Source: Squalus acanthias (lineage: Eukaryota). From it: 64,000 nt of DNA. Below the pieces are notes generated by a model. The model had not been told where the DNA came from, did no database searches, and saw only the letters and a program-made list of their open reading frames with translations. Location of the stretch: positions 64,048,001-64,112,000 of the forward strand of contig CM059438.1 of the NCBI GenBank assembly GCA_030390025.1, written 5' to 3'. The translations under genes and the position numbers were made by a program. This document shows positions 23,673-34,200 of the stretch, in pieces (position 1 is the stretch's first letter; each line of letters begins with the position of its first letter).

Positions 23673-23950
23673 CAATTATACTGTTCAGGTCTATTGTGTT
23701 TTTCGCGCCAAAACTGCTTTACTAATCGATTTCGCGTTAAAGTGATTTAGGTTTCAGTTGAGGCCTGTTTATCTTCGCGCCAAATCTCGCTTCTTTTGTC
23801 TTAGGTTTTGGCGGGCTCGTTAAGTCTGATGACTTTAACTTTGTGTTAACTTGTCCTGATGGCTTCCGATGTCTTCCATTGAGACAGGGCCTCTATCTAC
23901 GCGCCAAATCTCGCTTCTCTTGTCTTAGGTTTTGGCGGGCTTGTTAAACT
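23673..23950 (-). promoter_or_regulatory. Putative LTR U3 promoter: clustered E2F-like sites upstream of a TATA box
   Basis: TTTTCGCGCCAAAA at 23700-23713, further TTCGCGCCAAA / TTTTGGCGGG copies at ~23774, 23806, 23900 and 23931; TATAATTG on the minus strand at 23673-23680. Confidence 0.5.
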
Positions 23951-24589
23951 GTTCCTGTCGATACTTGGCTAATCGGTTTTTGATGGGATGATGGGCTATG
24001 AAACTGTGTACTGGCAGTTTTATTTGTTAGGAATTGTTTTCAGACTTCCAGTATCCTGTCTGGACCTGGAGATTTCAAAAGAGGTCTTGGTTTATTCATC
24101 TTTGAATGTGTTTGTGATGTTTTGGATGAGGCTCTTCCTCCTTGGTTGGATTGCAGTGCAAACATCTCCCAGACAGCATGACTTGGTCCCAATATCCAAA
24201 AGCTGTCCACTGCCTCACCACACCCCTTCCCGCAGCCTGTGTTTCTGTGACTGCAGGTTTACCCAATGGCCCTTTTAAAAAGGTATCTTATCATCCAAAG
24301 TCATTTTCCTCAGGGCTTTTTTTTCTTTCTTGATCCTGTCAAAATGTACTTCAAAACTGAGGTTTTGACCTCAAATTCCTTCATTTCGGTCCCACCATTC
24401 CAAATTCGTGTTAAGATCCAAAAATCACCCCCTTTAGGGTTCTATTCGAGTTTCTGGGGGATTTTGCAAAGCCTACACAGCGTACATATAGAATCTGATG
24501 TTGTGTTTGCAGATGATGTCGTCGGGGGGCTGCATGTAGATGTGAAATAGGAGGGGGCCAAGAATAGATCCTTGGGGGACTCCAGAAGT

Positions 24590-25815
24590 ATCAGGGTAGA
24601 TAAGGGGGAACCAGTGGATGTGATGTATTCGGATTTTCAAAAAGCTTTCAATACAGTGCCACACAAGAGGTTATTACACAATAATAGGATTGGGGTGGTA
24701 ATATATTAGCATGGATTGAGGATTGGTTAATTGACAGAAAACAGAGAGTAGGAATAAATGGGTCATTTTCGGGTTAGCAGGCTGTAACTAGTGGGGTACC
24801 ACAAGGATCAGTGCTTGGGCCTCAGCTATTCACAATCTATATCAATGAATTAGATGAGGAGACCGAGCGTAATGTATCCAAATTTGCTGACGATACAAAT
24901 CTAGCTGGGAAAGTAAGTTGTGAGGAGGACGCAAAGAGGCTTCAAGGGGATATGGACAGGTTTAGTGAATGGGCAAGAGCATGGCAGATGGAATATAATG
25001 CGGAGAAATGTGAAGTTGTCCACTTTGGTAGGAAAAATAGTAAAGCAGAATATTTTTAAATGATGAGAGATTGGGAAATGTTGGTATTCAAAGGGACCTG
25101 GGTGTCCTTGTACACAAATCACAGATAGTTAACATGCAGGTACAGCAAGCAATTAGGAAAGCAAATAGTTTGTTAGCTTTTATTACAAAAGGATTGGATT
25201 ATAAGAGTGAAGTCTTACTGAAAATATACAGGGCCTTGGTGAGACCACACCTGGAGTACTGTGTACAGTTTTGGTCTCCTTACCTAATGAAGGATATACT
25301 TGCCTTAGAAGGATTGCAATAAGGGTTCACTGGACTGATTCCTGGGATGGACGGATTGTCCAATGAGGAGAGCTTTAGCAGACTAGGCCTATATTCCCTA
25401 GAGTTTAGAAAAATGAGAGGTGTTCTCATTGAAACATAATATTCTTAAGGGGCTTGACAGGGTAGATGCAGGGATGATGTTTCCCCTGGCTGGGGAGTTT
25501 AGAACCTGGGGTCACAGACTCAGAATAAGGGGTCGGCCATTTCGGACTGAGTTGAGGAGAAATTTGTTTATTCAAAGGGTTGTGAATCTTTGGAATTTTC
25601 TACCCCAGAGGGCTGTCGATGCTCAGTCGTTGAGTATGTTCAAGATAGAGATCAATAGATTTTTGGATAATGAGGGAACCAAGGGATATGGGGATAGTGC
25701 AGGAAGGTGGAGTTGAGGTAGAAGGTCAGCCGTGGTCTTATTGAATGTCGGAGCAGGCTCGAAGGGCCGAATGGCCTACTCCTGCTCTTATTTCTTATGT
25801 TTTTCTGTTCTTATG
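24590..25815 (+). mobile_element. CR1 LINE 3' 1.2 kb (decayed RT)
   Basis: GVPQGSVLGPQLFTIYINELD...KFADDT, LVRPHLEYCVQFWSP, RGRPFRTELRRN; (TTCTTATG)-type tail. Confidence 0.92.
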
Positions 25816-25829
25816 TAATCGTACGGGAG

Positions 25830-26170
25830 CGGAAGCCCCTCATCTCAGCCCTTGCTGACCTTAACTGGTTCACCACTGCCAGTACACTGACTTCAAAACT
25901 CTTGTCCTTATTTATAAGTCCTTCCATTACCAGCCCCATCCAACCTCTACAACCTACTCCACCCCTGAGTCCCAGCTTGGAGCCTTTGCTCTTCTGATTC
26001 CATGCATCATTCTACCCTCCACTCTACAATTGGCAGGAGAGCCTTCAATCATCAAGCTCCAACACTCTAGAACTCCCCTCCCAAAGCACACGCTCGTACC
26101 ACATCTGTCCCCAGTTTAGCATGTTCCAAACCTACCTCTTCAACTGCATCTTCGATCCCCTTTCCCAGGC
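25830..26170 (+). mobile_element. Old L2 3' fragment
   Basis: Degenerate match to the L2 3' ends elsewhere in the window. Confidence 0.5.
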
Positions 26171-27100
26171 TCCAGCTCAGTGTGCATTTCTTCTTCGTAA
26201 AGGACTGTTGAGGGAGCTGTATCACTATTGTTGTTACTGCCTGTGGTTATTATTGAGATGGCATCTCAACAACAAACCTCTGCTGCTTAGAAAACCTAGA
26301 CATACAAAGAATCGCAGTGCTCCACAATGAGATATATGTAGTTGGATGCGTGGAGAAGATTTCTGCGGCGCACTTTTGGGGTAATGTCACAAGCTTCTGC
26401 CTTTTGGTATGAGCTTGGTTTGGAGCTTTGATTCTCATCCTATATCTTGATTTTTTGACTCATAAATGCCAACAGTGAAAAATCTCAAAATGACTTCATA
26501 TGCATTTACAATTGTTTTTAATTGTTGTCCCTTGGTGACAGACTTGAGATTTAATGGCATTTTGTTCTGAACGTCCACCTTTGAGAGGGTTTGGGCGCGT
26601 TGGACTCTGACCCTTAATGAGCAGCATTAACAGGGAAAATCTGCCTTGCTGATTTACTGAGCAAACAGTGTGGAAGACTGGATGAGGTATCCAGATGATT
26701 TAATAATCTGAAAATGATATTTAAACAAACTGTAATTAACTGATGCGAAATTTAATATGAAGCAATGGCAATAAAAATGGCCCATAGCCCACGCCATTAG
26801 TTACGTGGAAATTTCCATTAAATGGCTTGTAATTAAGCAGAGTCAATTTCACCGACAGACTATTAGCTCCTCCAGCAGAACACTGTGGGGCAATTTAGCT
26901 CCGCCCACTCAATTGAAGATCGCAACATTCTGATTGGTGCACTGAACCCCATATTGTCAATTGCACCAACAACAAAGCACGGTCTCTGATTGGATGGAAC
27001 CTTAAAGCGGGGGGGGGCCACTTGCTCCCCAGCCACACCCTGCTCATTGCAGCCTTGAATCTCAGCCTGGAGAGACCTGTAATCTATTTTGCTGCCAAGC

Positions 27101-29097
27101 ATGGAGAGGGTGAGAGAACGCGCTCATCGCTTCACCGAGCGGGCCTTGGATGCTCTGGTTGGCGCAGTGGAGCGCAGACGATGCGTGCTGTTCCCGGAGA
27201 GTGGCAGGAGGCCTTTGCCACGCGAGTTCAGAAGAGTGTGGAGGGAGGTGGCTCAGAGCGTCTCCTCCAGGAGCATGGTGCCCAGGACCCATGTTCAGTG
27301 CCGCAAAAAATTCAACGACCTCACTCGGGTCGTCAGGGTGAGTGGCTTTTTCTCAATACCTCTCCATCCCTCCATCTCAACCTCACTATATGGCTAGAGG
27401 GTCTTAAAACCCCAATGCACAACACTCATGCAACACCTATGGCCCTTTCATCAAACACACACACACATTCCACACTTTGCATACAGTAAGGGCTATTCAC
27501 CTATGGGAGGCACATCAAGCAAGACCATGGCTGCAAATTGTAAGGGCTATTCACCTATGGGAGGCACATCAGGCAAGACCATGGCTGTATATTTACTCAG
27601 ATGCTGTCCTTTTTCTTGCAGGCAAAGCTGGCTCATAATCGGAGACAGCAGCAACGGACGGGTGGAGGGCGGCTTCAGCTGCAACCCCTCAGCGATCTGG
27701 AGGAGCGCGTCCACAGGATTGTGGCAAGCCGGGTGATCGGTCCCGTCGCCACTGGGGACGCCGACCCCGTTGTGGACAGCAATGGTAAGGTCATCACCTT
27801 TTTGTCCTCTGTCCTTCCACTTGTCCCTCACAATACCAGCCTTTGACACTTTCAATCCAACTTGCTAACTCGCTGCACTTATTCCTCCCTTACTGCCACC
27901 CTGTCCTCACGCTAAAGCCACTCTTGTACCTCCCTGCTTTCAGATGGTGATTCACCAGCTGAGGAGATGGTCCCTGAAGCTGCCACTGGGAGTGATGCTG
28001 CAGCTGAGGAGGAAGAGGAAGCCGGAGCATCAGTGCCACCCTCTCCTGAGGAAGCCCATGGCCACACTGGGAACACGCCTTCCCCGGAGGGGAGCAGGGG
28101 GGAAGGGGCTGATGATGGTGAAGCTCCAGGACCCAGCGGGCTGCAGCAACGCCATTGGGGGGGGAGGGAAGAACGGGGGAGCAGGGGGGAAGGGGCTGAT
28201 GATGGTGAAGCTCCAGGACCCAGCGGGCTGCAGCAACGCCATTGGGGGGGGAGGGAAGAACGGGGGAGCAGGGGGGAAGGGGCTGATGATGGTGAAGCTC
28301 CAGGACCCAGCGGGCTGCAGCAACGCCATGGGGGGGGGAGGGAAGAACGGGAGCCTTCTCCCCAGAGGGAGAGTATGCCAGACACTCCTAATGCAATGGA
28401 CGCAGAGGAGGAGCGGCTGATTGCAGAAATGAACAGCCAGGCGGTGGGCATGCACACTGAGCTCATGGGTGCAGTGGGAAGGGTGCCCGAATGCATTGAG
28501 GCACTGGCAAGGAGTGTGGAGCACTTCGCTGTAGCACAGGCGGATGCCACACTAAAGCTTAGTGCTGCAATTCAGTCACTGGCTGCCAGGAACCCATCTG
28601 AGACTGCTCTCATGCAGACTCAGATTGAGGCCACGCGAGCACTGACTGCTGCCATCCTCGATGGTTCGTGCACATGTCCCCGGGGCTGTCACCGCGCCGC
28701 AGCAGGCCAGCAATCTGTTCTCCGGCAAATTGCTCCGGATGCTGAAGTGCTGCCCCGTGGGAGTGCCAGTGTGTCGGGCGAGCAGGGAGTTGCTGTCCTC
28801 TCTCACGATGACAGCATTCCTGCTGCCAACACTGTCACTTCTCCACTGCACTTGCCACCGCCTGTAGGACAGACTGCTGCCGCCCATGCAGAGTTGGTGC
28901 AGTCTGCAGCCGGGCCCTCCAGGCCCAGAAGTGGTCGAGGCCGTCCTTCAGGGGCATCTGCAGTGTCAGGGTCTGACGAGCAGCAGCCTTCCACCAGCCT
29001 TGCTGCAGCCACTGAGGTCCCATTACGGAGGAGCAGTAGGGTTAGAAGGGGGGAAGTGCGCAAGGGAAGGAGATCACCCTCGAAGGGCAAAAAGTAG
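27101..29097 (+). CDS. Harbinger Myb/SANT-like protein, 3 exons (27101-27337, 27622-27784, 27944-29097), 517 aa
   Basis: Same exon structure as copy 1; three 29-aa repeats; frame open throughout. Confidence 0.88.
27487..27594 (+). repeat. 54-bp intronic tandem repeat, 2 units
   Basis: Same unit as 19165-19380. Confidence 0.9.
28090..28350 (+). repeat. 87-bp coding tandem repeat, 3 units
   Basis: GSRGEGADDGEAPGPSGLQQRHWGGREER x3 (2 units in copy 1). Confidence 0.92.
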
Positions 29098-29391
29098 GAG
29101 GTGTGCCAAAATGCTGGTCATTTTTTTATTAAAGGCCGAGGTTCATGGCCCAACTTTTGTTTAGTGTTTTGGACATTATCTCCAGGTTGTGAGAACCAGT
29201 TATGTTATTGACTGGTTTTTTGTGTTTATTTCTATGAGTTTGTCATGAGGAATTGACACACACAGAGTTTGTACAATAAATAAGTTTCTGTATTCAAAAT
29301 ATACATGGCTGGTGGTTGGAATTATTGGTGCCTTGGCTGGCTTAGGGGTTGCGTGCTGGGTTGATTCGTGTTTGTAGCAATGGCAGGGGCC

Positions 29392-30552
29392 CTAGAAGCG
29401 GCTTGCTATTAGTCGTTGACGGACGGCCCTTGCAGTTTGACCATTGTGGGCCGCCCTCCTGCCTTGGTGCTGCTGCTGATCATCGTCCTCGTCCTGTTCC
29501 TCCTCTTCCTCCTCCTCCTCTTGTGGTGCTGCAAGGCCTGGTGGCATTGGCTGCGTCCTGAGGATTGCCATGTTGTGCAACATGCAGCACACGACTACGA
29601 ATTTCGAAACTTGCTCAGGCGAGTACTGCAGGGCTCCTCCGGAATGGTCCAGACAGCGGAATCGTTGTTTGAGCACGCCGATTGTGCGCTCAATAATGTT
29701 CCTGGTTGCTTGTTGGCTTTCCTGGTACCGCAGCTCAGCAGGGGTGTTTGGCGCACGGAGCGGTGTCATCAGCCAGGTGCTCAATGCGTACCCCTTGTCC
29801 CCCAGAAGCCAACCAACTGGCTGATGCGGTGCCTCAAAAATTTCTGCCACAGTTCTCTGGCGCAGGATGAAAGCATCGTGGCAGCTGCCCGGATAGTGGG
29901 CATTGACAGCGAGAATCACCTGTCTGTGGTCACAGACCAACTGCACATTCAAGGAATGGAACCCCTTTCTGTTCCGGAACTCCTCTGCATTCTCTCGCGG
30001 AGCACGCAAAGCCACATGCGTGCAGTCAATGGCGCCCTGCACCATGGGGAAGCCCGCTACCCTCACAAAGCCCATAGCACGGTCATGCTGCTTGTCTGGG
30101 GTCATAGGGAAGGAGATGAAGTCTCGTCTCCTTGTGAAGAGGGCATTGGTGACCTGCCGGATGCAGCGATGCACCGCAAACTGGGAGATATTGGCGAGGT
30201 CCCCAACAGCAGCTTGGAATGAGCCAGTGGCGTAGAAGTTCAAAGCCACTGTGACCTTCACTGCCACCGACAGAGACGTCCTGGACCTCAGCTGAGGCTG
30301 CAGATCTGGCTGCAGCAGGTGGCAGAGCTCAGTGACCACCTCCTTGCTGAATCGCAGCCTTCGCAAACACAGCTCCTCGGACATATGGATGTAGGAGAGC
30401 TGTTCACGATATACCCTGGGAGGGTAAGCTCTCCTGTACATGCGCCTGATGGCCCTCCTCCGTCTGGCCATCATTGCCACTCTCTGTCTGCGTCTCACTA
30501 TCCTCCGATTGAGCTGGAGCAGGACGACGCCCCCAATCATTGCAGCCCCCAT
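29392..30552 (-). CDS. PIF/Harbinger DDE transposase, 386 aa
   Basis: Intact ORF with the D-D-E motifs GAIDCTH, GDKGY and IIER; only a few substitutions versus copy 1. Confidence 0.95.
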   Translation of the reverse strand: MGAAMIGGVVLLQLNRRIVRRRQRVAMMARRRRAIRRMYRRAYPPRVYREQLSYIHMSEELCLRRLRFSKEVVTELCHLLQPDLQPQLRSRTSLSVAVKVTVALNFYATGSFQAAVGDLANISQFAVHRCIRQVTNALFTRRRDFISFPMTPDKQHDRAMGFVRVAGFPMVQGAIDCTHVALRAPRENAEEFRNRKGFHSLNVQLVCDHRQVILAVNAHYPGSCHDAFILRQRTVAEIFEAPHQPVGWLLGDKGYALSTWLMTPLRAPNTPAELRYQESQQATRNIIERTIGVLKQRFRCLDHSGGALQYSPEQVSKFVVVCCMLHNMAILRTQPMPPGLAAPQEEEEEEEEQDEDDDQQQHQGRRAAHNGQTARAVRQRLIASRF

Positions 30553-31209
30553 ATTCTCTTTGCCAGAAAAGTAATGAGGTACAGCAACTAAAGTAGCAGC
30601 AAAGTTAGGATGAACTAGGCAAAACTACCTCACAAAGCGTTGAGTCAATGTAGAAGTCTCTCTCTCTCTCTCTCCGAATCTCTCTCTCTCTCTCAGAACG
30701 AGTGGTGCATAAATGTCGACCACAGAAAAAGACAGGAAGAGGCCCCCTTTAAATAGCGCCCCCCCCAGCCCCACACCGATTGATAACGTTCCAGTCTTCC
30801 GGTCGTTGGAAGCGGCAGGCGGTAAGGCAGGGGGCGCCACTCAATTTCCGCTCCGGGGCGCCCCAAGGGCGTTGCACCATGGAATGACGTCACAATCTGC
30901 GCGCGCAGGTGGTCGCAGCGGTAAGTTTTAGCGCCGCCGCACAATCTCAAGTTAAGTTCTCGAGCGGCGCAAACAGCGCTGCGCCCGGGCGTTAGCGCCT
31001 TAACGCCCCATTAGCGCCCTCTTAAGGCGCTAACGGGAGGCGCAACCAACTGAATTTTTACCCCTTGGTCTTTAACCCAACCAATGATGCTACTCTCAGA
31101 TGTACTTGTCTATGAAGTAACATGACTTTAATTGCACTGTATGATGCTATGTATTTCAAGAACTGACAAGTCACCAGTACTTGCTTTAGGTTGGGGGAAA
31201 GCTTGCAAA

Positions 31210-31900
31210 CCCAAGTTCTGGAATCACGCAAAGAGGAGGAGTGGGTCCAGTCCAGCACATTGGCTGATGGGCTCAGGTAGGAACGGGTGGAGGGAGGATA
31301 GGTGTAAATGGATACTGAGGGAAGGGGTGATGATGCAAGAGGAGAGGGCAGAATGTATGGCAAAGGGGAAATGGATGGGGAGAGGAAAATGTGCAAGATC
31401 GAGATGAGTGTGAAAGAGGGTGTATATGGCAGTGAAAGAGGGAATGGATGGCAGTGAAAGGGAGGGGGAAAATAATGAGAAAGTAGAAATGGATGATGAT
31501 GAAGAGGAGAGGGAAAGGTGCAGAAGCTGGGAGTGATGCTTTGGGATGGGGAAGGAGGATAGTGCCAGCATTAACTAAAGGAGAGTGAGGAGGCAGAAGG
31601 TCTGGGGAGAGGGAAGAGTATTAGCTTGAACTGGGGAGAGTAAAAAAAAAGAGTCCCAACTTAACTAAGTTGGAGGGGGAGCAGCTTGTCGGTTTGAATT
31701 GCCAAGGGAGGAAGTGAAGAGTGCCAGGATGTACTGCGAGGGCTGGAGATAGACAGCGTCAGTGTGAAAGGTTGGGAAGTTGGATGGGTTTCTGTGTCTC
31801 TGTAATTGGATCTGGAGAGGGTAGCTTGCCTTTGTGAACTAGGATGGTGGAGAGTTAAATGTGGGAAAGTGACTGCCTAGTGAAGTAATGGTCTGGTTGG
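31210..31900 (+). repeat. Purine (GA)-rich low-complexity tract
   Basis: Strong G/A strand bias with loosely recurring GAACTGG/GGAGAG motifs. Confidence 0.5.
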
Positions 31901-32616
31901 GTTGCTGTAAATCCAAATCGCTTTGGTTTTACTTTTTAAATTAAAAATCTATTCATTTTGAAGCGTAGGGTGCTTAAACTGAATTAGAATCCATAATTTT
32001 TAATGTATAAAATTCTCATGCCCTCAGGCGATCACTGGTAATACCAACGTTGCACCTTTATCATTTGGATTTCCTCTGCAAGCTGTCATGTACTTATATT
32101 TTCCCCCCTCTAATACAAGTGAAGGAATGTAGTGTATACCTACTGATTAAAGTACAAGGCCCGTGTAACTGCTTGCTTTCACGTTAGGGCCATTCTTGTG
32201 CTGTCAGATTTTTTTGAAGCTGTTGGTGAACGTTTGTTAGTTTTCTGGGTTGGCATGTGTGCATCTAGGTCATCCAATTTAAATGTCTCTACTCTAAAAA
32301 AAAACACTCCCTGAAGTCACCACACGTTCCCACAGCGCGGGAACTTTAAATTGCCTGATTTAACCGGCTGCAAACACGGACAAGCTGCCAGCAATTTCCA
32401 GCAGTGAGAGATCCTCCTTCCCCTGTTGTCCTTGCCTCAATGGTGGTGAGCTGCAACCTTCTGGCCGATGATCCGCTTGTCTGCGTTTGCATCTGATTGA
32501 GTCAGACGACTTAACATCGCCCCTGGGTTGCTTGGGGTGACTGATGGGAGTGTCTGCTCGGATGGCAGGAAGTTTGAATCGGCTGAATTAATTGACGGCA
32601 GTTGACGAGCGGACCA

Positions 32617-32982
32617 TAAGAACATAACATAAGAAATAGGAACAGGAGTAGGCCATTCGGTCCTTCGAGCCTGCTCCGCCATTCAGTAAGATCATGGCTG
32701 ATCTTCTGCCTCAACTCCATTCACCGGCCCTATCGCCATATCCCTTGATGCCCTTACTAGTCAGAAATCTATCGACTTCTGTTTTGAATATACCCAATGA
32801 CTGAGCCTCCACAGCCCTCTGGGGTAGAGAATTCCAAAGATTCACCACCCTCTGTGTGAAGACATTTCTTCTCATCTCAGTCCTGAATGGCCGACCCTTT
32901 ATCCTGAGGCTGTGGCCCCTGGTTCTAGACTCCCCAGCCAGGGGAAACATCCTCCCAGCATCCACCCTATCAAGCCCTGTAA
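32617..32982 (-). mobile_element. CR1 LINE 3' end
   Basis: ORF 32711-32995 (GESRTRGHSLRIKGRPFRTEMRRNVFTQRVVNLWNSLP). Confidence 0.9.
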
Positions 32983-33254
32983 TAACAGCCAGCAAGCTTC
33001 AGCAATGAGCCAGTCCTCGCCCAAAGCAAAGGTCTTCATGGCTAAGCTTCAGTACCTCCATTGAGAGAACCTTCCACTGCTATTGTGTTTGAACCAATGA
33101 CTGAATTGGCTCCAGATCCCTCTGACATTTAGTATACTTTTCTACATTACAATAGTAACTCACTTGAAAAGTAATTCTTGGCTATGAAGCATTTTGAGAG
33201 GTCCTGAGGACATGAAAGACGTTATACAAACACAAGTTCTTTCATTCTTTTAGC

Positions 33255-33590
33255 ACCACATTCCTGCTGAGGTTGTCTGGAACATAAGAGATACAATAAT
33301 AAGAATAAAAACTGGACGTACCACCCAGCATCGACTACGGACACGACAACGGCACACCCAGCCCAGTCGACCTCGGAAAGTCCTCCTCACCAACATCTGG
33401 GGACTTGTGCCAACATTGGGAGAGCTGTCCCACAGACTAGTCAAGCAACAGCCTGCCATAGTCATACTCACAGAATCATACCTTTCAGCCAATGTCGCAA
33501 ACTCCTCCATCACCATCCCTGGGTATGTCCTGTCCCACCGGCACCACGGTGGCGGCACTATCCAGTCGGGAAGGAGTCCTCAACATTGAC
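33255..33590 (+). mobile_element. CR1-group LINE, APE endonuclease N-terminal fragment
   Basis: TNIWGLVPTLGELSHRLVKQQPAIVILTESYL...IPGY. Confidence 0.75.
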
Positions 33591-33611
33591 TCCTATTTCT
33601 TATGTTCTTAT

Positions 33612-33748
33612 CGATAAGGGAGTCAAGGGTTATGGGGAGCGGGCAGGGAATTGGAGTTGAGGCCAAGATCAGATCAGCCATGATCTTATTGAATGGCGGA
33701 GCAGGCTCGAGGGGCCAAATGGCCTATTCCTGCTCCTAATTCTTATGT
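33612..33748 (+). mobile_element. CR1 LINE 3' tip
   Basis: AAGGGTTATGGGGAGCGGGCAGG...TGGCCTATTCCTGCTCC. Confidence 0.8.
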
Positions 33749-34200
33749 AGCACTCTCACCTCTGAGTCAGATGGTTGTGGGTTCAAGCCCCACTCCAGAG
33801 ACTTGAGCACATAGAGCTAGGCTGGCACTCCAGTGCAACACTGAGAGAGTATTGCTTTGTTGGAGGTTCTGTCTTTCGAATGAGACTTTAAACCAAGGCT
33901 CCATTTGCCCTCTTAGATGGACGTAAAAGATCCTATAGCACTATTTCGAAGAAGTGCAATGTTCTCCTCAGTGTCCTGGCCAATATTTATTCCCCAACCA
34001 ACATCACTAAAACAGATAATCTGGTCATTGTCTCGTTGCTTTTTGTAGGACCTTGCTGTGCGCAAATTGGGTGTCATGTTTCCTGCGTTACAACAGTGAC
34101 TACACTTCAAATAAAAAAGTACTTATTTGCTGTAAAGTGCTTTGGAACATCCTAAGGTGATGAAAGGCACTTATATATATACACATTTTTCATTCTTTCT
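33748..34200 (+). mobile_element. tRNA-derived Deu-domain SINE (SacSINE1-like)
   Basis: B-box GGTTCAAGCCC; Deu-like core; L2-like tail. Confidence 0.8.

Larger units (their letters stand above)
18273..24477 (-). mobile_element. Solo LTR (~1868 bp after removing the nested Harbinger)
   Basis: TGTAGG...CCTACA termini; 4-bp TSD CAGC at 18269-18272 and 24478-24481; minus-strand AATAAA near 22762 and TATAATTG at 23673-23680; ~47-bp internal duplication at 23777 and 23901. Confidence 0.85.
18075..24587 (-). mobile_element. L2 LINE RT fragment (18075-18272 + 24478-24587) split by the solo LTR
   Basis: Rejoining the flanks gives [20 protein letters not shown]...FYMYADDTQRYL, so the insertion falls in the YADD motif. 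Confidence 0.85.
27001..31064. mobile_element. PIF/Harbinger transposon copy 2, left end missing
   Basis: Near-identical to 18679-22754; right TIR AATTTTTACCCC ends at 31064; the first ~258 bp of copy 1 are absent. Confidence 0.95.
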
